Source: Marsupella aquatica
Taxonomy: Eukaryota; Plantae; Marchantiophyta
Length of the DNA: 64,000 nucleotides
Direction: 5' to 3'
NCBI GenBank assembly: GCA_973895155.1
Contig: OZ316893.1
Coordinates: forward strand, 26,462,798-26,526,797
Shown: positions 1 to 11,736 of the stretch, one piece after another
How the letters are laid out: every line of letters begins with the position of its first letter
Numbering within the stretch: the first letter of the stretch is position 1
Program-made: the position numbers and the translations under genes
The notes under the pieces: generated by a model
Database searches by the model: none
What the model saw: the letters and a program-made list of their open reading frames with translations, nothing else
What the model was told of the DNA's origin: nothing

Positions 1-226
1 TCTCCAATGATGTCCAATATTCTTTCTTGATAGCATGCAAAGAGCAAAGATTTATATTATCGATCTTTGTCCAATAGAGGCAATAGCCTCCGATGAAGCA
101 TAACATTAGGTAAAGTGTTTAGTTGATCTAAATTGCTACAAAAGGTAACTATACTACACCTTTGAGTTAGAAAAAGTTCAAAATTTATAAAATTTCCATT
201 ATTTCTAACTAATGTACTGTATTACA

Positions 227-318
227 TGCATCCTAGTTAACCTAACCACGTCTCCGACTATGGTTAGCCTAACTACGGTTACATGTCGTAACCTAAGACC
301 TTGAGTAAATACCTAACA
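227..318 (-). repeat. 3' LTR remnant (92 bp) of the copia element
   Basis: Matches 8643-8734 with about 5 differences. Similarity stops abruptly left of 227. Confidence 0.9.
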
Positions 319-329
319 ATCTCCCCCTT
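319..329 (-). promoter_or_regulatory. Polypurine tract
   Basis: AAGGGGGAGAT on the minus strand directly before the 3' LTR start TGTTAG. Confidence 0.85.
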
Positions 330-510
330 GATTCTGGTCTAGGGGAGGGTAATACTGCTAACCTATATGATTCCTCAGTGGGAAGTTCTGGACAAAAACC
401 AACATGGTTTCCCCTCTCTAACTAGAGCAAACCATAACTAAGCCGTAGCCTACTACTAGGAGTGAAGAAGAGCATATATCAGTAATTACAGCGAATGTTA
501 AGAAAAACCC

Positions 511-3500
511 TTACTTGTGACGCAATTGCAAAACCTGCAGCACATCACGATGTCTAGAGAAAATTTCCAAAGGAGTCACTTTGGTAAATGCGTCAGCTAG
601 GTTGATTTTACCGTCTATCTTGACTAGCTCAAACAAATTATCAGACACAGCCTGCCTGATAGAATGGTACCTGACGTCTATGTGCTTCACTCTACTATCC
701 ATCACCTGGTTCACAGCAAGGTGGAGCGCACTCTGACTATCACAATGGAGCTTCACATTCCCTTGTGGCAATCCCATTTCAGTGATAAGTCTATCCAACC
801 AAATTGCTTCCTTCGCTGCTTCCGCTGCTACAACATACTCTGCTTCTCTAGTAGACTGAGCAATACACTTCTGCAAAGTAGACCTCCAACTTATGCATCC
901 ACCGCCAAGTGTGAACATGTACCCTGTTGTTGATCTCCTTTGGTCCAGATCTTGTCCATAGTCAGAATCTACATAGCCAATCAATGATCTTGCATTATTT
1001 GCATTTGCATCAAATAAAAGACCATGATCCACGGTACCCTTCAAGTACCTGATAATCCACTTCACTGCTTCCCAGTGTACCTTCCCTGGATTTGACATGT
1101 ACCTGCTCACCTTGCCCATAGCCATGGCAAGATCAGGTCTAGTGCAAGTCATCAAATACATGAGACTTCCCACTGCCTTATCATAAGGAACCTTTGACAT
1201 CAGCCCTTCTCTATCGTATCTGTGGGACAAAAAGCAGATGACAATTTGAAGCGTGCAGCCAAAGGGGTACTTACTGACTTACTATCCCCCATGTTGAACC
1301 TAGCAATTACCTTCCTTGCATAACTGCTCTGTGTCAACCATAGCTTACCAGCCTCCAAGTCCCTAGTGATCTCCATACCCAAAATCCTCTTAGTTGGCCC
1401 TAAGTCCTTCATCTTAAACTCTGCACTTAGCAGTGCCTTGAACTTAACAATCTCAGACCTATCCTTGGCCGCAATAAGCATGTCATCCACATAAAGTACT
1501 AAAACAATGAACCCAAACATAGCATTATTCACCGGTTTCAAGTATACACAAGGGTCAAACACACTCCTATAAAAACCTTGTGACCGAATCCAATCGTCAA
1601 ACCGCTTGTTTCACTGTCTTGATGACTGCTTCAACCCATACAAGGATTTCAACAATCTACAAACCAGTTCCTCTTGTCCTTTCTTCACAAAATCTAGCGG
1701 CTGTCTCATGAAGATCACCTCTTCCAAGATGCCATAGAGGAAAGTTGTGACAACATTCATCTGATCTAGCAGCAGACCAAACATTACAACAAGCACACAC
1801 AATAGCCGTATTGTAGAGTACTTAGCAACTGGTGAGAAGACCTCATTATAATCCACACCTTTCTCTTGTGTGAATTCCTTTGCTACCAACCTAGCCTTGT
1901 AGACCTTCGATCCACCTCCTGCGGAATTATCCTTCAGCTTGTAAATCCACTTGTTGTCCACCACTTGCTGACCCTTAGGCAGCTTAACAAGCTCCCAAGT
2001 TTTGTTGTCCTTCAGTGACTGCATCTCCGTTTGCATTGCTGCAGTCCATTCTTGCTTCTCCTTTGAAGCACTTGCCTCATGAAATGAAGAAGGTTCTCCT
2101 TCTTCCAAAACCAACGCATCACCCTCATCATCAGTTGCAAAAATGTCCTCTTGCAATCGAGATGAATCAACCCACTGTCCATACCTAGGAGGAGCGCGTA
2201 CAGTGCGACCAAATGTTCTTCTAGTCGATGACTCCGGTTGAATTACGTCTACTGGTACAATTTGAAGCTCAACAACATCCACTTGCTGCTCACCAGCATT
2301 AACAAACTCCTCTTGTTCCTCTGGCACAGGAACCAGCTCCATGCTTGGAGTACCTCATTCTCTCCGATCACGTACCTCATGATCAATCTCCCCCTCAACG
2401 AGATCCGGGATAAGAGATTTTCCTTTGTCAGTACACGAGACCTGAGTATTCTCCCCCTCCTTCAATAATCTGGATTCATTAAAGGAAACATCCCTACTGA
2501 CAACAAGCTTACAGGCAATAGGATCCCATAGCCTGTAGGCCTTCACACCACTCTGATACCCAAGAAAAATATATTTCTTGGATGTAGGATCCAACTTGGT
2601 CCTATTCTGCTTTGGTGTGAGAGCATATGCATCACTTCCAAAAACTACCAAGCCATGATAGTCTGCTTGCCGCTTATAACGTATTTCAAACGGTGTTTTG
2701 AAATTGATTGCACTAGAAGGAGAAAGATTTACCAAATAAGCTGTAGTATTGACAGCTTCTGCCCAAAATTCCTGTGGTAAACCTGATTGGCTCAGCATAC
2801 TCCGTGACCACTCCAATAGTGTTTGATTGAGCCTCTCAACGACACTATTCTGCTGCGAAGTATAAATTGTGGTGAGATGGCGAGTTATCCCCTGTTCTGC
2901 ACAATACTCTTCAAATTCTATTGAAGTGTACTCCCCACCGTTGTCTGATCTTAGACTCTTCACCCTGGTATCCAAACACTTAGCTGTGTTTCCTGTCTGA
3001 TTCTCCACTTGGGTCTTCCACTTTGTAAAAATAGACAAGACATCAGACTTATGCGTCATGAAATAAATCCATACAAATCTTGAGTAATCGTCAATGAAGG
3101 ATACATAGTACAATTTTCCAGAATGTGAGAGAGTCGGGGATGGTCCCCACATGTCACTATGTATGTACTCAAGAATCGCTTTGGAACGATGAGTTCCAAC
3201 CCCGAAAGCACGACGATGTTGCTTTCCAAAAATGCAATGTTCACAGAATTCCAATTTACAAGACTGCAAATCAGAAATGAGCCCATTTTTCCGCAAGATA
3301 GCCAAACCCTTCTCATTCATGTGGCCTAGCCATGAATGCCACAGTTGAGTCATTTTCTCGTGAGACTTGGTTACATTGGCCTCTCCACATACTGTATTGC
3401 CCTGGAGCACATACAAATTCTTTTGTTACTCCCCTTCAAAATCACCGTCTCTCCCAACATGACTTGAAGTTCACCATCAATTACTCGCCATTGATGACCA

Positions 3501-4294
3501 TTTGTATCCAACACACCGAGTGAAATCAAATTTTTACGCATGCCAAGTACAAACCTGACTCCGGACACTATGCGCACAATGTCATCAAACATTTGAATCT
3601 TTACAGAACCAATACCCTCAACTCGATAGGAGTGATCATTTCCCATCAAAACTAAACCGTTTGACACAGAATAAGAATTAAAATACTCACGAATGTAACA
3701 AATGTGAAAGGAGCAAGCACAATCAAGAATCCACACATTATTTGCTCTCCTAGATGTGCACATGGCATACTCCTGACTTCATAAAACATACTCATCATTG
3801 AGTAAATCAACTTCTTCATCAGCACTAGCCACATTGGCTGATGAAGATTCAGCTGCCTTACCCTTACAATCCCTCTTAATGTGACCAACCTTGTGACACT
3901 TCCAGCAGACTACTGGCTTTCTCTCTTGGGACTTCCCCCTGGAAGCAAATCTTGTCCTAGATTTACTTCGTCCCTTGCCATTCGTGCGCTGCTTGGGATG
4001 CCGCTGTGACCTCTCATGATTCACATTTAAGGCAGCACCAGATGACGATGCTGTCTGGGCTTGACCCAACTTCTTCTATGCATCATCTGATAGCAAAGAG
4101 CTTACCACCTCATCGTATGAAATAGACTTCAAGTCTCTATACAAAAGAACCTGTTTCAAACCCTAATAAGATGGGGGTAAGGAGCTGAGAAGAAGCAAGG
4201 CCTTGTCCTCTTCTTCAATGCCCTTACCGAGATTAGACAAATCAACAGCTAGGCTATCAAATTCATCCAAGAAATCTTGGAGCTTGTTCCCCTC
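511..4294 (-). pseudogene. Copia gag C-terminus and pol (zinc knuckle, protease, integrase, RT, RNaseH), broken by stops and frameshifts
   Basis: ORF pieces 3779-4069 (CWKCHKVGHIKRDC), 3371-3763, 2355-3416, 1611-2342, 1200-1562 and 511-1230. Confidence 0.95.
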
Positions 4295-6173
4295 TAAAAT
4301 GTTATATTTTAGCCAGTTAAGATTAGTAGCAATTAAGCTAATCGTTGAGTTAAAGTTAAGTAGAAGTCAAGACTTTAAAGCCTCCACAAGGTTAACCCTA
4401 AAAACCTCTAGACAAACTTTATTTTCCTAGTCGAGGTTCAGTTTTTGTGATATAGCGACAACTTTACGGAGATGGAGCAATCTGGAGTCCTCTGTCTAAT
4501 TGGAGTAACCATTGAAGCAATTTGGGGCATGCATGGTAGCAAGCTGGTTTATGAAGGATGTGACATTCCCTTGGAAGATGGGAAAATGTGCGCTTTAGGT
4601 CCAAATGCTCGCAGAGTTAGAATGAATAGAGAACACCAGATGCAGGGTTGTCAAATCGGAAGCGAATCAATCATTTTTGTAGAACGGTTGGATCAGGCCA
4701 ACACCTGTACAATTTCTTTGTGCAAATCAACACTGTTGTGTATCAAGTATGGGAAGAAGCTGGATGTCAATTGTTTGGAGTGCCTGGTCATGAATTTCAC
4801 AAGCAACTTGGAACCCAGGAGAGAGACTGTCACCGTGTAATGAATGAGTTTTGGGTAGTGAGAATTGCAGAGAACCGCAACAAGAGTACTCAACAGATAT
4901 TGGGATTCCAGAGAATGAGGACTCACTCCACATACCGGCGATCAGAAGCAAGAGTCAGTGAACACAAGTAGAACCAGTGGAGGTTGTCATTCAAGCGCTT
5001 AACATTGGAGCCACTGAGCCAAAGGACAAAATTTTGACTGTTCATTCCGAAGAACGATTAACGGAAAGACAACCAGTTAAGAGATGCATGATCCAGTAGC
5101 AAGTAACAGTTAATAGTTACTATGACAAGTAACGATTAACATGTGCCTTTAGTGGAATAAAGCGGTTAGAAAAATTGAATAAGCAGTTTGACAGTTACAA
5201 CTGCTAATTGTTAGAGGAAGTTGGACAAACCTGCCTGTAGCAAAAATATAGGGTAGCTGAGTAGGAGTGGGAGATGTCTTTTGTTGTGGAAACTTTCAGG
5301 ATCAGGAAGCTCGAGAGGCAGCCCAGGAGGAGGTAGTGCCAGATTGCTAGATCTGGAGGTAGATGGAAGCCCATGGAAGAAAAACCATGTAAAGAAATTG
5401 ATGTGTTCATGGAATGAAAGATGCAATCAAGGCCTATTGGAAGGAATTCAAGGAGCATTCGATTGCATAGCTTGTATTTGCTGTATGTCAGTAGAATCAA
5501 GACTAAGAAATTGATATTGAAAAAGAGATGGTTGGAAATATAAACCTTTGACAATGGAGAATTCATTTGGATTTGGTTGGAACCTATAAAATGAAATATC
5601 ATAATAGTATGGCATGTGGTGATTGAGATTACAAATTGTTAAAGGAATCCTTGCCAAAGTGAAATGTTGAGTAATGGATAAGAGGCAAATTCTGAGTGAG
5701 ACCCAGAGTAGGTAACATGGAATTAGCTACCTCGGATTGGTCGTTCAAATTGGAACACATCCCATTTGGGCTACAAAATGCCCCGAATGAATGTAAAGCC
5801 CTGATTGAGAGTTGGGTGAGAATTATTAGAGAGGAAGAAGAAGAGTCAATGTCTGAGGAACTTTCTACAATGGGTTTGGAAATCCTCTTTGAAGAAACAC
5901 TAACTGAAAGGGGAAAGGAAAATTGACATTCAATTCAAGTAACAGGCGGAGGATCAAACTAAGATAGTTAGATCACTGTCTCGAGTAATCGTACAGGTCA
6001 TCACTAATTGTTTGACAAAAAGGTTAAATGGTAGATGACAAGTGAATGAGAAATCGGATCAATTGAAGCCGTATAATGTTTAATTGATACGAAGAAGGAT
6101 AGTGGAGGAGTTAGGAGTTCCGGAGGAGGGTTAACTTCAGGAGTTGGCAACCAGTCAACTTCAGTGGTTAACA
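4295..6173. mobile_element. 1879 bp insertion in copia gag, probable solo LTR or non-autonomous LTR-element derivative
   Basis: Flanked by 5-bp TSD CCCTC (4290-4294 and 6174-6178). On the minus strand it starts TGTTA and ends TTTTA. Removing it restores gag in frame: LKEG|NKLQDFLDEF. Confidence 0.8.
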
Positions 6174-6533
6174 CCCTCTTTGAGCCTAAGGCTCATTAAG
6201 AGAGACTTCTTGTACAATCGATCTGATGCATCCTCTCGATAGTACTTCTCCCTTAGGGCTTTGAATAGAGATGCACAATCCGCGTAGTCATCCAACTTCT
6301 TGATGATATGCGGCTTCAGATAAAGCATCACCGCATTCACTGCAATTACTTGTTCCTGCCTCCACCTCTTTAGTAAAATCTCCTCCTCATCATCGTACAT
6401 CTCTCATGTAGAGAAGATGACCTAGGCCCATAGCGCGAAGAACTCCTTTCACTTGCTTCTCCCAGAGCAAGTAGTCCGTACGCCCATCACACTTTTCCAC
6501 CTCAAACTTGACACCTTCGAACCTGGATGCCAT
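6174..6533 (-). pseudogene. Copia gag N-terminal part
   Basis: ATG at 6533, MASRFEGVKFEVEKCDGRTDYLLWEKQVKG (Tnt1-like gag start). Frameshift near 6400. Confidence 0.88.
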
Positions 6534-8377
6534 CTGTTTTTCCTTCACAATCCCTTCTACTCGTTGCACCGGTGATTGTACCGGTGTCACGTGCGCTTCC
6601 TCCTGCTCTTCTCTCTCCTCCTCAAATTATCGTGGTGATCCTCGTGCTTCAAGATCCACTTCTTAAAAAACCTCCTCCAAATCACTCATGTGAGAATGCA
6701 AGAAAAAATGACGTTTTTTCAACTTCTTTAAAAACTCAAAACTTAGCACCGCCGCGTAGCCCACAAGCCTAGCTCTCCAATGCTGAAAGAATCAAAACCA
6801 AACTCCGACGTAAAAGTTATTCACTTTTCGGTCAGGGTGGGTAAACTGGGAATTCTCCCCCGTTTTGACCACCTCGGGAAATAACCAAAAATTGAACTAG
6901 TACTTGACGCCGGAAATGCAATTCAATTTGTGCACTACGTTACCAACTCCGATGGCTAGCAACTTGCCGAAGATGAACAAAAAAAGTTACCGTTCGGCGG
7001 ACGGAATCTTTGATGGACGGCCAAAAACACGCTCTCTGTTTTTTTGGGAATATTTCCGCACAGAGAAGCAGGGCTCACAAGGGGCCGTTCCCCCTGTCCA
7101 ATCGGTTAAAGTGGAGGGCGGCAGGTCCCAGGATGCGGCTACCAATCAGAAACCGGGAAAAAGAGTAAAAGATAGGGGCTAAAGGGGGTTTATATCCCCT
7201 TTATTAAATCGGGCTTATAAAAAAAAAAAAGGGGGATGGGGGTTGTGTGGACGGGCGCGTACAGGGCGGGTCGCACGGGGCTGTCGGGAGGAGCAGCCAT
7301 TTTGCGGGAGGGTGAGGGAGGACCTGCGCTGACATGGGGGCAAAGAAGCAGCCGGCCGGCGCTTTGGTCGTGAATGCAGCCGCGGTTGCAGCTCGCGTAT
7401 CCTGGGTGCGGGGAGGAATGCGTGTCGATGAGGGGGTGGGGTGGGGGTAAAGACTATGTACACACACACGCACACACAAAAGGGGGTTGACCCCTGAAAA
7501 TACAAAGGAAATAACCACGAAAGAAGCCGAATTCACACTCGTCACCGGCAAGGGGCCCCAAAGAAAAATTTCCTTCCAATGTGCGATGGAGGTCTCTAGA
7601 GAGAGAGAGAGAGAGTTGTAAATGGAGTATTTTTTGAACAAAAAATTGGCCCGTAAGAAATCCAAAAATGTTTGTGGACATCAAACGAAAAGAGCTTGCA
7701 CCTTGTAACGTTCGGATTATGGTGAGGAATCAGAAACCGATGTCGGTGGGTTGGAAAGATTTGCGCACCCGCACCGTTTGCTGGTCAATCAGTGACAAAA
7801 ACTCAGAACTCCTTCCTCCCGTGGGCAAAATCATCAATCTTGGACTCAAAATGATCACCTCTTCGTGATCTATCCGTTCAGCCCAAGCACTTCATGTCTC
7901 TCCCTCCAAGTCGAGCGCAATGACGAGAAACCCAGCTCAGGCAAAAGAGGACTCCATAGCCGGTCAGAAAATCAGAATGTTTCTTTTGCTCATTGTGACG
8001 CACTCGTTACACACTCGGCAACAAACCATCTACCAAAATGATCAGCTCGTCCCGATCTACAAGCAAAGCTACAGCATGCGACGCCTCCTTCATCGTAGAG
8101 CTCACACTGTCGGGAAAACAAACTCTGGTTCCTCCTTCAAAAAACCGTCGAACACGAATGTTGCCAACTTTCTTCACAAATTCCAGAACGACGAAAACTT
8201 AGATCTCTCCGCACCACGATCTCCGTTCAGCGATTTCTTTGCACCGTTAGAAAGCCCTTACCCCGATCTATCCGCTAAGCCCATAAACTCCAAGTTCCAT
8301 GTGACGGAACTCCGGGAAATCCACCGACACTCAACGCTGAAAAAAAACCGTCACGAACAATATCACCTCCCAGGCAT

Positions 8378-8389
8378 GCTCTGATACCA
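8378..8389 (-). promoter_or_regulatory. Primer binding site, initiator tRNA-Met
   Basis: TGGTATCAGAGC on the minus strand, 2 nt after the 5' LTR end. Confidence 0.95.
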
Positions 8390-8391
8390 AT

Positions 8392-8734
8392 TGTTGAGCA
8401 TAGACGACACTCGCAATGGTAAGCACATGACACATCCAACGCACAAGTAGTCAATACAAGAGATACGTGGTTCACCTCCTCGAGGCTATGTCCATGGGAA
8501 CACACAAGAGAGCTTTACTGAACTCTAAGCCCGTCGGCCATACCAAGTCTCCACAGTGTAAGCTCTCCTCATCTCTCAAGTGGCTCCATAACAATGAGCC
8601 TAAGTTCCACTTATCCAAGCAAACACCGTTTGGCATATAGTGTGCATCCTAGTTAACCTAACCACATCTTCGACTATGGTTAGCCTAACTACGGTTACAT
8701 GTCGTAACCCTAGACCTTGAGTAAATATCTAACA
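8392..8734 (-). repeat. 5' LTR (343 bp)
   Basis: TGTT...AACA termini, adjacent to the PBS. Matches 227-318 and the solo LTR at 29986-30329. Confidence 0.93.
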
Positions 8735-9892
8735 TTTTCTTGAGATTCTAGGGCATTGATACTTTAGGGAATGACTATATGACTTCCATAAATGTTTTTA
8801 CATAATGTTGTTTTTTTATAGAGCATTGCCTCGATACCGGGATTATAGTAATTTTTTCATTATGGAACCAAGGAAATTCCAATTTGCATAAGCATTGTTG
8901 TGGAATACTATTTTAAAATACCATTGTTCTTGTTATACATAGTGTTTTTAATTAATTTATTGCTATAGAGCTACTTGAGAATTCTTTTGGGGGGAGTATT
9001 GTTGATGAATTCAAGTTTTCAGAGAGCGCTACTGAAATTTTTTAGAGAAAAACTACAAGTAATTTTTTGGAAACAAATCTTCCAAAACTCATATTTTCAT
9101 ACAGCGCTGCTCTTGTTACAAAGAGTGCTTCGAGTACTTTGCCGTTGCAGAGCTACAAAAGATTTTAAATGTGCATCTTCACTCCATTCCATTTACATTC
9201 TCAATTTGGCATTGAGGTGAGCACATAATGGTCTTAGATTGATATAAATGTAGGTGAACAATTAATGAGAGAATTTATCATCCATTTAGAGTTAAATTAT
9301 CTCATGATTAGGTGTAAAATGGTATGTCCCCTGTCACACAGTCCATGGGGATAACCAGGGCAGACTTGCCGGTCCATCCAAGCTTTTGTTTCTGATCCAT
9401 GCCTGGAAAATAAAAAAAGGAAATGTGAAGGAAAGTAAAAAAGGAAAAATCAAGAAAGACAAGTAAGCTTCGTATAACCGACTTTTGAGACGCCCTATGA
9501 AGAAAGAAGTGTCTCGGATTAGGCGGACGTTATAATATTATGAACTCTTGAGACTTGAGATGAGATGAGACATGACAAGATTTGGACCCACAGTAGCTCT
9601 GGCTCGAAGGCGAAGGAGTTGTGCAAGCGTTTTCTGCGACCATCCATCCAGCGCGATTGGTCATTGGTGTGTTTCTCTTCAGTACCACAGCTGCGAGGAT
9701 CACGATTTACGAGAGGTGGGGGGAGGGCAAAGATCGATCGATCGATCGGGAGCATGCAGCACGAGAACGAGAAAAGCCCGCATTCAGAATCATTCGAAAC
9801 TAAATAACTCACGACTTTTCGGGAAAGGAATCCGTGATGACCCTTTTTCTTGTTCGCTCCGTTGACAGGAGATGAAATGAATGAGATGAGAT

Positions 9893-9922
9893 GAAACGAA
9901 ACGAAACGAAACGAAACGAAAC
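9893..9922. repeat. (GAAAC)6 microsatellite
   Basis: Read directly. Confidence 0.9.
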
Positions 9923-11736
9923 GCCAGATCGAGGACGACGTCGAGACTGATTGACAAAAACAAACGTTGATGAAGTGAGATCTTGCCAACTTGAACAAGA
10001 ACAGGGAGTAGGGACCGAGCCAGCCTAGTGCCTGTTGGCTAGTTGCCTGTCTGCTGGCTTCCCCCACTGATCCCCACGTAGTTCTCATGTAGTACGTACG
10101 GTGTTTGGTACTGAAAGCTTTGGGAGTTATGAGTGGAGTCTTGCACAGACTCGGGGGCGCGATTTGACGATTTCGGCATGCGTGAATGGCGTTGCTGTTG
10201 TCCATCGATGTAGTGGATGGTGAGTGTGTAGGAGTGCGGTACTACACAGTCTGTGTGCAGGGCGTAAAGCGCTTGGGTTTGGTCAAGCACAGAACACGAT
10301 GGAAGAGAACCTCCCGGTTCAGGTCTTCAGGTCGGTTTGGTCGTTTAGAGGTTACAGGCCACATTTGTTAGGACATGCGAGATCAATTTACCACATCAGC
10401 TCACAGGTCCTTAAATGAGTGAACTCACAGGTCCTCATGAATGTGGTCTGCGTAACTGGTAATTCAATCCAGTCAACCATACCATGTAATGGGGGAGGGG
10501 GAGTTTGGTCTTATACATTGAGCTTCTGACGGGAAGTAAAGGAGTAATCAGACAACTAGACCACTAGACCACTAGACAAGCATTCCAGGTGATCGTTCCT
10601 ACCTCTGTATTTATGACTGAAGGTGAGTAGTTCATGCGTTCCATGACCTCAGGCATGTCAGTGTGGCTCAGTCAGACAGGTTCCACGAGAATGTGCCATG
10701 ATTGAACGTTTGCTCCCCAAATCAGCCTTGCTCATGAGATTCCCTGTTTTTCAGAAGACGTGACTTCATTGATTGGCGCCCTTTAATACAATCACACGCC
10801 TTTAATTAAGCAGACCTCACTTTTGTTGACTCGACTGTGAGTGAGATATGCAATTAATCAACTTTAAAGAGCTCCAGTCACAAACAACTAGCACAGGGAA
10901 GCCGAATGTAACGGAGGATGTTCCGGGTCGTTAGAATCATGAATCCAGTTGTGAAATTGGACTATTCAGGGGACCACATGGAGAGCACTCTGGAGTTATG
11001 AGTATGGACGTGTATACTAGATCGCTTGGATGTAACGGGGATGATAAGGGATTTAGGACCATGAAAGTAGTGGTAAGATTGCAAACTTTTGGGAGGGGGC
11101 AGATTTAAGAAGTATTTCAACAGATAAATCTGGACAAGTAGATGTCAAACTTCAGAGATCACTTAAATCTTCTCATTCGAAAATAGGAATAAATGAGACG
11201 CCGCTTGAAGAACTATATGACAGATTTCCACAGAAAATTGCTGTGCTAGGGAAAGGAAATATTGTTGAGAAAGCCGGCAGAACTTAGACCGGCTTTGTCT
11301 CCAAACTACTGTAACTTGTTTTAATTAATTGTCGGGCTGAAATGCTACAATTGATTTCAGTACCCAGCTGTATGTCCTACCTGCCTAGCCTAGCCTAGTC
11401 TAGTCTTGCCTTGCCTAAGCCTAAACCTCTCAATCTTCTGAGGAATCGACAGAGAACTTGTTTCCTTTACAGCTGGGTGAAGCCAGGACATTGGAAATTG
11501 GAAATTGGAAACAATCGGTAGTTGTCCTTGTTTTGTTGCGTGTTATTGAGTGGACCGACAATACTGAGCGGGCGGTCGAAGAATTGTCCAAACAAGTAAA
11601 TTAACGTACGCTCTATCAGTGCCTCCATATTGAAAGCATGAGGGATCCATCAGACCGTGACATACAACCAGCGCTTGTGGACGAGAGGCTTTGTAATTGA
11701 AAAGTTGGAGGCTGGCACACCACGAATGAAACCAGA

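Larger units (their letters stand above)
227..8734 (-). mobile_element. Ty1/copia LTR retrotransposon (Tnt1/Tork-like), decayed, with truncated 3' LTR and a nested insertion
   Basis: LTR - PBS - gag - protease - integrase - RT - RNaseH - PPT - LTR order on the minus strand. Copia motifs: WILDCACSFH, HSDMWGP, LRSDNGGEY, YKARLVA, SLYGLKQS, LYVDDML, GYVDSDY, KHIDVRYH. Confidence 0.97.

Noticed and set aside
7920-8384. Extra antisense ORF in the copia leader
   Set aside because: No recognisable domain, and GC-rich leaders give ORFs of this size by chance.
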